A DNA stretch of 45,167 nt from Coriobacteriia bacterium (GTDB taxonomy: Bacteria; Actinomycetota; Coriobacteriia; Anaerosomatales; SLCP01): positions 1-45,167 of the forward strand of contig JAVEVF010000001.1 of assembly GCA_034005175.1 (NCBI GenBank). Direction: 5' to 3'. A program made the translations under genes and the position numbers. The notes under the pieces were generated by a model that ran no database searches, was not told the origin of the DNA, and saw nothing but the letters and a program-made list of their open reading frames with translations. How positions within the stretch are numbered: position 1 is the stretch's first letter; each line of letters begins with the position of its first letter. Below, in pieces: positions 17,100 through 26,378 of the stretch.

Positions 17100-19175
17100 A
17101 TGGATGGCCCGTCCCCCGCACCGTCCGCATGCACCAACAGCATCCACGCGTCGCTCGACAGCCGCCAGCTCAAGGCGGTAGTGCACGGCGATGGGCCCCT
17201 GCTCATCCTCGCAGGGGCCGGAACCGGCAAGACGATGGCGCTCGCGCACAGGGTGGCATACCTCATCGAGCGTGGTGCGGATCCCAGGCGTATCCTCTTG
17301 CTCACGTTCACGCGCAGGGCGGCAAGAGAGATGATCTCGCGGGTGGAGTCCATCTTGAGGGCAAGCGGCTTTCCCGCGCGCGCACAGGCAGCGGTGTTCG
17401 GCGGGACCTTCCACTCGGTGGCGGCGCGCCTTTTGCGCGCACATGCGCGCGACGTGGGTCTCGCATCCTCGTTCACCATACTCGACCGAGCGGATGCAGA
17501 AGATCTCATGCAGCTGTGCAGGACTGAGCTTGACCTTGCGCCTCTCGATGGTCGCCGGTTCCCGCAGAAGTCGACGTGTCTGGACATCTACAGCCGTTGT
17601 GTGAACTCCAACGCACCGCTCAAAGAGGTGCTACAACACCGCTTTCCCTGGTGTAGCGAGTGGCAAGACGGTCTGGCAGCGCTGTTCGACCTCTACACCG
17701 ACGGCAAGGCCTCGCAGCACGTTCTCGACTACGATGACCTCCTCCTGTTCTTCTACGGTCTGCTGGAATCAAGCGCGGGAGAGCGTGTGCGCCGGCGTTT
17801 CGACCACGTGCTTGTCGACGAATACCAGGACACCAACGTTCTGCAAGCCGAGATCCTCTCGGCTCTTCGGCCTGATGGCAGCGGGGTCACGGCAGTAGGA
17901 GATGACGCACAAGCAATCTATTCGTTTCGCGCCGCCACAGTGCGAAACATCCTCGATTTCGAGTGCCGATTCCCATCCGCGCATGTCATCACGTTGGAGC
18001 GCAGTTTTCGTTCTACCGCACCCATTCTCGCAGTGGGAAACACGCTCATGAGCGAGGCTGCCGAGAAGAGAGAGAAGACGCTCTTCTCGCAGCGAGCAGG
18101 CGGCGCCACGCCCGAGCTTGTCACGTGTTCCGATGAGAACGAGCAGGCGTCCTGGGTGGCCGAGCGAGTGCTGGCGAAGCGTGAGGAAGGCATAGCTCTG
18201 CAGCGCCAAGCTGTCCTCTTTCGTGCGGCACATCATGGGGTAGCGCTAGAGATGGAACTAGCTCACCGAGATATCCCCTTCGTGAAGTACGGCGGCTTGA
18301 AGTTCATCGAGTCCGCTCACGTGAAGGATCTCCTAGCGTTTCTGCGACTGGCCGAGAACCCGCTTGACCGCACCGCTGCGCTGCGAGTGTTGTGCTTGCT
18401 GCCTGGAATCGGCCCGAGGAAGGCTCTTGCCCTCTCCCATGCGCTGACCGAGGCAAACGGCGATTTCAAGGCGGTCGCTGGCCTCTCGGTCCCTGTGGCT
18501 GCGGCCTCGGCGTGGGCTGAGTTCCTAACACTCATGAGCGACCTCGCACACACCGCAGCTGACGATCTGGCCGCCCAAGTGCATGCGGCGCGCGTCTTCT
18601 ACGGCCCCCTCTGCCGCGTTCGCTACGATTCACCCGAGCCGCGACTCGGCGATCTGGAACGCATCGAAGCCACCGCCTCGCGGTTCCCGACGCGTGCGGC
18701 GCTCCTCGCCGACCTCGCGCTCGACCCGCCGGCGTACACGCAAGACCTCGCAGGCCCCCCGCTCCTCGATGAGGAGTACCTCGTGCTGTCGACCATTCAC
18801 TCCGCGAAAGGTTTGGAGTTTGACTGCGTGTACGTCATCCATGCCGCTGACGGCAATATCCCCTCCGATATGTCCTGCGGAAGCGCCGAGGAGATCGACG
18901 AGGAGCGGCGGCTGCTCTACGTCGCATGCACCCGCGCGCGTGACTGGCTTACGGTCACGGTCCCCCTGCGCTACTACGTTCAGCCGTCCGGCGGGTCCGA
19001 TCGCCACGGCTATGCACAGCCATCCCGCTTCCTAACGCCTGCAGTGCGTTCATGCTTCTCTGAGGTGCAGACATGCGCGCGCACACAAACAGCACCCGAG
19101 GGTGCGAGCGCAGCGTGTGTCTCGGCGGACCCACGCGCGGCGATACGCGAGCTCTGGCGCGGCGACACCGCCTAG
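17100..19175 (+). CDS. UvrD/Rep/PcrA-family ATP-dependent DNA helicase
   Basis: LAGAGTGKT (motif I), VDEYQDTN (motif II), TIHSAKGLEF and LLYVACTRARD (motifs V/VI). GGAG lies before the ATG. Confidence 0.9.
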   Translation: MDGPSPAPSACTNSIHASLDSRQLKAVVHGDGPLLILAGAGTGKTMALAHRVAYLIERGADPRRILLLTFTRRAAREMISRVESILRASGFPARAQAAVFGGTFHSVAARLLRAHARDVGLASSFTILDRADAEDLMQLCRTELDLAPLDGRRFPQKSTCLDIYSRCVNSNAPLKEVLQHRFPWCSEWQDGLAALFDLYTDGKASQHVLDYDDLLLFFYGLLESSAGERVRRRFDHVLVDEYQDTNVLQAEILSALRPDGSGVTAVGDDAQAIYSFRAATVRNILDFECRFPSAHVITLERSFRSTAPILAVGNTLMSEAAEKREKTLFSQRAGGATPELVTCSDENEQASWVAERVLAKREEGIALQRQAVLFRAAHHGVALEMELAHRDIPFVKYGGLKFIESAHVKDLLAFLRLAENPLDRTAALRVLCLLPGIGPRKALALSHALTEANGDFKAVAGLSVPVAAASAWAEFLTLMSDLAHTAADDLAAQVHAARVFYGPLCRVRYDSPEPRLGDLERIEATASRFPTRAALLADLALDPPAYTQDLAGPPLLDEEYLVLSTIHSAKGLEFDCVYVIHAADGNIPSDMSCGSAEEIDEERRLLYVACTRARDWLTVTVPLRYYVQPSGGSDRHGYAQPSRFLTPAVRSCFSEVQTCARTQTAPEGASAACVSADPRAAIRELWRGDTA

Positions 19176-20008
19176 CGGCGGTCGGACTCCAGTGCGTGGT
19201 TCTTGTTGTTGGTGCTGTTCGGGTGGCCGGAGATGAACCTGACCGCATCGGCCACGGAGTCCGTGACGAAGATGCGATCGATATCGGACATCTCAATGGT
19301 GCCCTCGGCTGCCAGGTTATCGCGGAAGAAGTCGATGAGCGGCATCCAGAAATCCCAGCCGAGCGCTACGATGGCGAAGTCCACCATCTTCCCGGTTTGA
19401 ATGAGTGTCAGCGTCTCAAACAGCTCATCGAGCGTGCCAAAGCCGCCTGGCATCACCACGAACGCACATGAGTACTTCAGCAACATGACCTTGCGCACGA
19501 AGAAGTGCTCGAACTCGATGACCCGGTCCACATAGGGGTTCGCGTGTTGCTCGGCGGGAAGATGGATGTTCGCCCCGATGGACAACCCACCCTCTTCTTG
19601 TGCGCCCCTGTTCGCTGCCTCCATGATGCCGGGCCCTGCACCTGTCATCACCGCGTAGCCATTGCGCGCGAGCTCGCGGCCCATCTCTCGCGCAAGCTCG
19701 TAGTAGCGATGCCCCTCGGAGAACCGCGCTGATCCAAAGACCGTGACGGTGGGTTCCTCGATTGACAGGAACTCGAACCCGCGCAAGAACTCAAGGAAGA
19801 CACGCACCGCACTCTCGACGTTGTCTGAGTGCTGTCGTTTGCCCGCAAGGAACTCCGCTTCAACGCCGTACACTTGCTCCAGGAGCGACGCGGGCTGCGG
19901 GGACTTCTCGGATGACGGTTCAGGCGAAGCGGTGTCACGCGTCTCATCACCCACCGGGGCCACACCTCGTTTCACAGCAGAGACGGTCTTCGGGCACAGG
20001 CGGCACAC
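19172..20008 (-). CDS. LOG-family / TIGR00730 Rossmann-fold nucleotide-binding protein
   Basis: VTVFGSARF...GGGPGIMEAANRGA-like region and PGGFGTLDELFE. The exact start is uncertain because the N-terminal 50 aa are low complexity. Confidence 0.8.
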   Translation of the reverse strand: MCRLCPKTVSAVKRGVAPVGDETRDTASPEPSSEKSPQPASLLEQVYGVEAEFLAGKRQHSDNVESAVRVFLEFLRGFEFLSIEEPTVTVFGSARFSEGHRYYELAREMGRELARNGYAVMTGAGPGIMEAANRGAQEEGGLSIGANIHLPAEQHANPYVDRVIEFEHFFVRKVMLLKYSCAFVVMPGGFGTLDELFETLTLIQTGKMVDFAIVALGWDFWMPLIDFFRDNLAAEGTIEMSDIDRIFVTDSVADAVRFISGHPNSTNNKNHALESDRR

Positions 20009-20022
20009 GCGCCGACAATCCT

Positions 20023-20607
20023 TTAGTATCTGTTCGCACCATCGCGTAGGTCAAGCAGATGGCATGATGCCTCGAGCGTGCTCACGAAATAGAAGGCCTC
20101 CTCCAAGGTCCGTCCACGTGCAAACGGACCATGCGTGGCAAGGACGGCAATGGGGTGATCGGCAAGCGCATCTGCCAGCACCACCGCAGCTTCAGGCGAG
20201 CCGACGGTCTGAGCGGCCTGAACTACTGGCACTTCGCCAAGCACATACAACCCCTCGGAGTCGATGGGTTCGACCGCCGAGGAGATCATCGAGCGCCACA
20301 CGGTGTGTATGGTGTGTGCGTGCACCACTGCCTGCGCATCGGTGACCTCGTAGATGGCTCGATGTACCACGATCTCGCGGCTGCACTCCTCGTCGCGTTC
20401 GCACGCGGCCATCTCAGTCCACACGACATCACGTTCTTCAAGGCGCCCGAGCATCGATCCTCGGCGCGTTATGACGATTCGATCTCCGTGACGCTCCGAG
20501 AGGTTGCCGCCGTGACTAGAGACCGCTCCTGTGACAAACAGGTCGCGGCCGATAGCTGAGAACCGCTCGAATGTCGCTCGGCCGATGATAGGGTCAAGTG
20601 CGCTCAC
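20023..20607 (-). CDS. class II aldolase/adducin-family protein (fuculose-P aldolase / MtnB-like)
   Basis: SSHGGNLSERHGDRIVITRRGSMLG...VVHAHTIH. The start is set at GTG 20607 after GGAGAGGAG. The track start at 20796 would overlap the upstream pfk gene by 137 nt. Confidence 0.8.
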   Translation of the reverse strand: MSALDPIIGRATFERFSAIGRDLFVTGAVSSHGGNLSERHGDRIVITRRGSMLGRLEERDVVWTEMAACERDEECSREIVVHRAIYEVTDAQAVVHAHTIHTVWRSMISSAVEPIDSEGLYVLGEVPVVQAAQTVGSPEAAVVLADALADHPIAVLATHGPFARGRTLEEAFYFVSTLEASCHLLDLRDGANRY

Positions 20608-20659
20608 TCCCGCTCCTCTCCCACCTCGCGTGACGACGCCTCGTGGCAAGGATGTGTTC

Positions 20660-21898
20660 TCAGCACTCGGGTTCGGGATGGTCAGTCTTCTGATACTCAA
20701 GAGACCGGGCAAGACGGTACAGGTCGCTGTCACGTTCGATGAGGCGAACGCGTGTCTTGAGCGTCTCGGGGTCGATAAGCTCATCGAAGGGTACATACTT
20801 CAGTTCGAACTGTCTCTCCACGCTCACCATGTGACCGGCGAGCCCCTCGGCGATAAGCGCCCGGTGAGCGCCCACACCAAGCTGAGTGCCGAGCAACACA
20901 TCGTACGCGCTGGGCTCCGCACATCGCGATTCGTATCCGATCTGCTTGTGACGCACCTTCACGCTCGTGCCGGTCTGCTCCACGTATAGCCGTTCCATCT
21001 CTTCGGCGAGCATCTTGCCGATATGGGCCGAGCCCAGCTGGATGTTCCCGTGCTCATCGGTGACGGTGGGCCGTTGCTCATCAGGAAGGATGTCCGCGAG
21101 CCCCTCGGCGACACACACGATACCGTGGCGGCGACCGTCACGCTCGCGCGCCCGCAGGAGGTCCACGAGCTCTTGTGCGGTGGCACGCACGTCGAACACA
21201 CCATCAAAATCCTCCACGGAAAGCATGCGTGTCGCCTCGCCGGCGATGCCCGCGGCATAGGTGAGCCATCCGGCCTTGCGCCCCATGATTTCCAGGACGT
21301 ACCACACACGCGTCGAACGCGCGTCTGCGCCGAGGTTGCGTATCTCGGCAGCAGCGAAATGAGCGGCGGAGAAGAACCCGAACGTCCAATCGATGCCGAA
21401 GTAGTCGTTGTCGATGGTCTTTGGCAGGTGAACGACGGCCAGGCGCCTCAGCCCGGGGTCAAGTTCCTGCATGCGATGCAGGTAGTTGGCGGTCTTCAGC
21501 GTGTCATCCCCGCCGATTGACACGAGCGCATCGATCTCCAGCGCGTCAAACGCGTCGTATACCCGCCGCAGTTTCGCACTCTTCTGCGAGTCTGCGAGGT
21601 CTTCAAGGCTCGCCACCATCTTGCCAGGATTCGCTCGCGAGGTGCGCAACACGATGTCCTTGCGGTTTCTGATCTGTGAGACGTCGTCACGGCGCAGGCA
21701 CGCGTAGTGTTCGCCCTCGACAAGCCGCTCGTCTGGCGAGTAGCGTTCGAGGTTCTCATAGCCATCGAAAAAGCCGATGACCGAGATGCCCGAGTTCAAG
21801 AAGTTCAACGTAGCAGCCGAGATGACCGCGTTGGCTGCGGGCGCGGGCCCGCCGGAGAACAGGATTCCTACCCGCTTGATGCTCTGCGCTCTTGTCAT
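20660..21898 (-). CDS. pfp: 6-phosphofructokinase with PPi-dependent-type signature residues
   Basis: VGILFSGGPAPAANA, SIGGDDTL (Asp where ATP-PFKs have Gly104) and PKTIDND (Lys where ATP-PFKs have Gly124). Confidence 0.85.
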   Translation of the reverse strand: MTRAQSIKRVGILFSGGPAPAANAVISAATLNFLNSGISVIGFFDGYENLERYSPDERLVEGEHYACLRRDDVSQIRNRKDIVLRTSRANPGKMVASLEDLADSQKSAKLRRVYDAFDALEIDALVSIGGDDTLKTANYLHRMQELDPGLRRLAVVHLPKTIDNDYFGIDWTFGFFSAAHFAAAEIRNLGADARSTRVWYVLEIMGRKAGWLTYAAGIAGEATRMLSVEDFDGVFDVRATAQELVDLLRARERDGRRHGIVCVAEGLADILPDEQRPTVTDEHGNIQLGSAHIGKMLAEEMERLYVEQTGTSVKVRHKQIGYESRCAEPSAYDVLLGTQLGVGAHRALIAEGLAGHMVSVERQFELKYVPFDELIDPETLKTRVRLIERDSDLYRLARSLEYQKTDHPEPEC

Positions 21899-21941
21899 GC
21901 GCTATACCCCCAGGTCGCTGTTACCGATCGCACGTCCGCAC

Positions 21942-22910
21942 TCAGCACGCGCCCTCTTCGATGATGCCGATAGCGCGCAACCGCTCGTATCGAGAAGCCA
22001 CCAGCGCATCAGACGGCAAATCACAAAGCGTGTCCAGTGCAGACGCAATGCGTTCGCGCACCGCGTTGAACACGCCGTCAGGTTCACGGTGCGCCCCGCC
22101 GAGCGGTTCGGGGATGATCTCATCGACGATTCCCAAGCCGATGAGGTCCTCGGCGGTCATGGCGAGACAGGTGGCGACATCAGAGGCGCGGCCTGCGTCC
22201 TTATGGAGAATCGACGCACATGCCTCCGGAGTGATCACGGAATAATACGAGTTCTCAAGCATGATAAGCCGATCACCGAAGCCGATGGCAAGCGCGCCTC
22301 CCGAACCGCCCTCACCGATACCCACAGCCACGACGGGCACGCGCAGGCCCGAGAGCAGCTCGAGCGACTCGGCGATCGCCCACGCCTGACCGCGCTCTTC
22401 GGCTTCGATGCCCGGGTATGCACCTGGTGTGTCGATGAGTGTGACAAGCGGCAGCGCGAACTTCTCGGCAAGGCGCATCACACGCATGGCCTTACGGAAG
22501 CCCTCCGGATGCGCCATACCGAAGTTCCACGCGATGTTCTCGCGGACGTTCTTTCCCTTGCGATGGCCCAGGACCACGACTCGACGGCCGCCGATGGTGG
22601 CGAGCGCCGCGACGATGGCCCCGTCGTCGCCGTACACGCGGTCGCCGTGCAGCTCCACCACGTCCGTGAAGATGGCAGCAAGGTAGTCCTGTGCCTTAGG
22701 ACGCTGTGGATGGCGGCTGATCTGCACGCGGTCCCACGGCGAGAGATCCGTATAGGTGCTCTGGCGCAGAGCCTCGACCTCATCTGCCAGCGAGGCGACC
22801 TCGGCGGCAAGCTCGGGGTTCTCCGAAAGATCGAGGCCGAGCAGCTCTTCGAGTCTGCTCTCAAGCTCAGCGAGCGGTCGCTCGAACTCCATGATGTGGC
22901 GCTTCGTCAC
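21942..22910 (-). CDS. accA: acetyl-CoA carboxylase carboxyltransferase alpha subunit
   Basis: Typical AccA core: PLVTLIDTPGAYPGIEAEERGQAWAIA...GEGGSGGALA. Confidence 0.93.
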   Translation of the reverse strand: MTKRHIMEFERPLAELESRLEELLGLDLSENPELAAEVASLADEVEALRQSTYTDLSPWDRVQISRHPQRPKAQDYLAAIFTDVVELHGDRVYGDDGAIVAALATIGGRRVVVLGHRKGKNVRENIAWNFGMAHPEGFRKAMRVMRLAEKFALPLVTLIDTPGAYPGIEAEERGQAWAIAESLELLSGLRVPVVAVGIGEGGSGGALAIGFGDRLIMLENSYYSVITPEACASILHKDAGRASDVATCLAMTAEDLIGLGIVDEIIPEPLGGAHREPDGVFNAVRERIASALDTLCDLPSDALVASRYERLRAIGIIEEGAC

Positions 22911-23788
22911 GATGCCACATCCTTTGCGGCGAGGTAATCAAGAAGCAACGTCACTCGCGACAGCAGCTGTGCGCGCGGCACCACATCATCGATCATGCCG
23001 TGCTCAAGCAGGTACTCCGCAGACTGGAACCCCTTAGGCAGGTGCTGCTTGATTGTCTGCTCTATGACACGGGGGCCTGCAAAACCTACGAGCGCGCCGG
23101 GCTCCGCAAGGATCACATCAGCGAGCACAGCGAATGAAGCGGTCACACCGCCCATGGTGGGGTTGGTGAGCACCGAGATGTAGCCCAAACGCGCCTCGGC
23201 GAACCTGCGCACCGCAGCCGAGGTCTTCGCCATCTGCATGAGCGAGAGCATACCCTCCTGCATGCGCGCACCACCTGACGCCGCGAAGAGCACGACCGCA
23301 CGGCGCTCACTTGTCGCTAGCTCGAAGGCGCGCGCTACTTTCTCGCCGACGGCAGAGCCCATCGAGGCTCCGATGAAGCGGAAGTCCATGGCGCCGAGGA
23401 TGACGGGGTGACCGTCGATAGTGGCGCGCCCGAAGACGATGCCCTCGGTGAGCCCCGAGCGCTCGTGTGCGGACGCGAGGCTTTCTGTGTACGGCTTCGC
23501 TGCCACAAACCCCAGCGGATCGGTGGAGCCCACACCCGCATCGAACTCCTCGAAGGTACCCTCGTCTGCGATGAGCTGCACCCGTTGGTGTGCGGTGAGG
23601 TCGAAGTGGTACTCACAGTGCGGGCACACGCGCATGTTCTCGGCAAGCTGCCCTTCGTACACGATGCGCTTGCACCCCGCGCACTTGTTCCACACGCCAT
23701 CGGCCACCCCTCCTTTGGGGGAGTGTCCGCTTCCAGCACTCGTGTATCGCCGCGCTTCGCGCGCCTTGAACCAGTCAGAGATCGACAT
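22907..23788 (-). CDS. accD: acetyl-CoA carboxylase carboxyltransferase beta subunit (Zn-ribbon N-terminus)
   Basis: CAGCKRIVYEGQLAENMRVCPHCEYH zinc ribbon, followed by the carboxyltransferase domain. It overlaps accA by 4 nt. Confidence 0.93.
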   Translation of the reverse strand: MSISDWFKAREARRYTSAGSGHSPKGGVADGVWNKCAGCKRIVYEGQLAENMRVCPHCEYHFDLTAHQRVQLIADEGTFEEFDAGVGSTDPLGFVAAKPYTESLASAHERSGLTEGIVFGRATIDGHPVILGAMDFRFIGASMGSAVGEKVARAFELATSERRAVVLFAASGGARMQEGMLSLMQMAKTSAAVRRFAEARLGYISVLTNPTMGGVTASFAVLADVILAEPGALVGFAGPRVIEQTIKQHLPKGFQSAEYLLEHGMIDDVVPRAQLLSRVTLLLDYLAAKDVAS

Positions 23789-23830
23789 TGATGCCTCGTG
23801 TCAGACGCCTAACGGAGCCGGCGGCCCGTC

Positions 23831-24787
23831 TTATAGCGAGTAGTCCTCCGCGCCCTCGAAGACCCGGAGTGCGTCCTCGGCGCTGTAGTCGCTCAGAGTG
23901 ATGGCGCTGATGGCTTTCGTCAAGCGCACGGCCTCGTCAAGCGACCTCTGGTGGATGTTGCGCCCAGTCGCGTTGCCCACAGCGCCGCCGACATGGATCT
24001 GCTCCCAGAGCTGTGTGAGGAAGGTCTTCGCGTCAACGGTCGATCCACCGGCGCACACCAGGCCGGTGCGGCCCGAAGCGAGCGAGGCCTGCTCCAGCAG
24101 CTCTGCTGAGGATGCCTGCTCGCTGCCCTTGGGTGGATTCACCTTGACGAAGTCCGCGCCGAGCGCGACCGCGACACCGGCGGCGCCGGCGATGAGGTGA
24201 GCGTCCTTCTCGTTGGCGACGGCTTTGCCCCGCGGGTACATCCACAACACGACAAGCAGGCCAAGAGCGTGGGCGTCCGCGATGAGCTGCCCCGCTTCCA
24301 TCATCATCTGGGACTCGTACTCCGAGCCGATGTAGATGGTGTAGCCGATGCCCACGACGTTCACGCCGTTGTCGCGCAGATCGGCTACGGTCTGGATGTC
24401 GTAGAGCTGTGGCGAGTAGGGATCGTCCTGGTGCTTGGCGGGGTCTTGGCTCGTCTTCACGAGATGGGATTTGCTGTTCATCTTCACCAGGTAGTTGACG
24501 TTCGGGTAGTCCGCCGCGTACTGGGCAACAAGGCCCCGCTGGCCGGCCAGGACACCAACGACACCCTGCGTGCCAATGCGGAAGAGGTGCTCGGGCTCGG
24601 CGTCCTCGATAGCGATGCCCTCGCCGTAGAAGTCATCGTTGAGATGTTCCACCTTCTGGTCGCATGCGAACAGCATAAGGCGACCTGTGCCACGAGTTGC
24701 TTTGAGGTAGTTGTCGACGTAGAGCTCACGCGCCTCAGCAGGAACATCAGCGGGCACACGGACCTGATCACGGGTGATGCTAGGCAT
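23831..24787 (-). CDS. class I (DhnA/FbaB-type) fructose-bisphosphate aldolase family protein
   Basis: DeoC/LacD-type TIM-barrel pattern with GADFVKVNPP (Schiff-base Lys context). CAGGAGGGG lies before the ATG. The family is assigned from memory. Confidence 0.6.
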   Translation of the reverse strand: MPSITRDQVRVPADVPAEARELYVDNYLKATRGTGRLMLFACDQKVEHLNDDFYGEGIAIEDAEPEHLFRIGTQGVVGVLAGQRGLVAQYAADYPNVNYLVKMNSKSHLVKTSQDPAKHQDDPYSPQLYDIQTVADLRDNGVNVVGIGYTIYIGSEYESQMMMEAGQLIADAHALGLLVVLWMYPRGKAVANEKDAHLIAGAAGVAVALGADFVKVNPPKGSEQASSAELLEQASLASGRTGLVCAGGSTVDAKTFLTQLWEQIHVGGAVGNATGRNIHQRSLDEAVRLTKAISAITLSDYSAEDALRVFEGAEDYSL

Positions 24788-24924
24788 CTGAGACCCCTCC
24801 TGGTTTCGATCGGACTTCTCAGGGTGAGCGCGAACTATGCAGTGACGCTCACGATTCAGCTTAGTCGAACAGACAGGTGTTTTCTAGCGAGTAGAGCTGC
24901 CCCGCTCCCGTTGACACCTTCTGT

Positions 24925-25398
24925 CTATGACGCGATGGCCTGAAGTCGTCGCTCTTCCAGTCTCCGCTCGAATTCAGTCGGAGACAAGTCGCCGATCGAT
25001 GAATGGCGCCGGTAGGTGTTGTAGAAGCCCTCGATATAGCGGAAGAGCGCGAACCTCGCCGCGTCCCTCGTTCTGAAGGTGTGACGGTGCACGCACTCCT
25101 TCTTGATGGTCGCCATCACCGACTCGGTGACCGCATCGTCTCCCGGAGCGCCGACGCTGCCCATCGAGGCCAGGATCCCCGACTCCCGAAGCGTCCTGCC
25201 AAACGCCATGGATCGGTATTGAGCGCCGCGATCCGAGTGATGTATCAGTCCGGCAGCAGGCCTGCGCAGTATGGTCGCCATCGAGAGCGCGTCGACGACG
25301 ATGTCTGCCTTGAGGTCGTCTCGCATCGACCAGCCCACGATCTTCTTCGTGGCTGCCTCGGTGTTGTAGTCGACCGAGACACCGCCTGTCCCCCACAT
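24925..25398 (-). mobile_element. IS3-family transposase (OrfB/rve) C-terminal fragment with no N-terminal half and no OrfA
   Basis: KKIVGWSM...LIHHSDRGAQYRS...SMGSVGAPGDDAVTESVMATIKKE...YIEGFYNTYRRHSSIGDLSPTEFE carries the DDE/rve core signatures. The upstream boundary is approximate. Confidence 0.75.
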
Positions 25399-25789
25399 GC
25401 CGCCCGTTATCGACTTGAGCTGGTCGCCATCGTCATAGGTATACTCAGTGGTCCAGCTGCCTGGCCCGATCTTGAGGGTCGAGGCGACGGGCAGGTTCTT
25501 TGCGCCGTCCCATGTGAGCGCCCGTGAGACGTCGACCGCTTCAGGCACGAGAGCGAAGTGTGCCGTGCTCGTAGTGCTTCGAGTCCTCGGTGCGTTTCTC
25601 GACGATCTCGCGCTCGACGGGGGAAGGCTCGCGCTCGACGGGGGGAGCCGAGGCGGATGTCTCGACCGGGAGGTCCAGGGGCGGGGCGGCGAGAGCCGCA
25701 GGGGCTCCTTCGAGGAGCGGTGAGGTCAGAAGGACGAGAGACAGCACGCAGGAGACAGCGCGACCCAGATGCTCGCGGACCCGTTTCAC
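25399..25789 (-). pseudogene. frameshifted N-terminal remnant of a secreted YD-repeat (RHS/WapA-like) protein, fused to the IS3 fragment
   Basis: GAGAGGAGGG then GTG 25789 opens VKRVREHLGRAVSCVLSLVLLTSPLLEGAPAALAAPP (signal peptide), then ...EIVEKRTEDSKHYEHG and a stop at 25541. The adjacent frame continues ...LTWDGAKNLPV...GSWTTEYTYDDGDQLKSITGG (one YD-repeat unit) and runs directly into the transposase sequence. Confidence 0.45.
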
Positions 25790-25919
25790 GAGCCCTCCTC
25801 TCAAGCCTCCTCGCGAAGGCCCCCCGGTGCGGGAAGGCGACAGGCTCCCCGCCGAGCCGCGGATCGAGTTGTCGCATACACCATATGCGACAAGAGGCGC
25901 GAGAGGCCAGGGACCGCCG

Positions 25920-26378
25920 TCAGAGTCCGGCCTTTCGCATCCGGCGGTGCGGCGTCCCGGTTCGCTCGGAGAGGAACTCCTTGCCCTCGGCGACGAACCC
26001 CAATCGCTCGTAAAAGGCAATGACATGTGTGCGGGCGTCGAGCGTGACCTCTGTGCGCCCGGCTATGCGCGCCATGCGTACGAGCGCCTCAACGAGCGCC
26101 GCTCCGATCCCCTCGCCCTGGTGGCCCGGCGCGACCGAGACCTGCGAGATGCGCGAGTCTCCACCCTCCAGCCGGATGCGGGCGTACCCGATGACCGTTC
26201 CGCCGTCGAAGGCCGCAGCATGTCGGAAGGTTCGGGCTTCGATGTCTTCGATGAGCGAGCGAGGTAGGCCCCACTCGCGGTAAAGGGCGTCGTAGCGCAC
26301 CTCGGCCACCTCAACATGCAATGGGGAGGACGGTTCGCTCTCACGGATCTCGAACATCTTCGACAGGCCGCGTTCCAT
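25920..26378 (-). CDS. GNAT-family N-acetyltransferase
   Basis: ISQVSVAPGHQGEGIGAALVEALVRMA...AFYERLGF is the acetyl-CoA binding motif A. The start is taken at ATG 26378, which overlaps the nadE stop (TGATG). Confidence 0.8.
   Translation of the reverse strand: MERGLSKMFEIRESEPSSPLHVEVAEVRYDALYREWGLPRSLIEDIEARTFRHAAAFDGGTVIGYARIRLEGGDSRISQVSVAPGHQGEGIGAALVEALVRMARIAGRTEVTLDARTHVIAFYERLGFVAEGKEFLSERTGTPHRRMRKAGL

Noticed and set aside
15782-17527. 581-aa plus-strand ORF
   Set aside because: It is antisense to mgtE and reads through the tRNA-Leu gene and into the helicase gene in a different frame. It is a shadow ORF.
19172-19175. Convergent helicase and LOG genes share the tetranucleotide CTAG as stop codon on both strands
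   Set aside because: This is a real but trivial consequence of the TAG palindrome. No functional implication is evident.
24869-24926. Imperfect inverted repeat ACAGACAGGTGT ... ACACCTTCTGT downstream of the IS3 fragment, considered as an IS terminal repeat
   Set aside because: The two arms lie on the same side of the transposase gene and contain an indel. No matching sequence lies at the other end, so the IS boundaries cannot be defined from this window.
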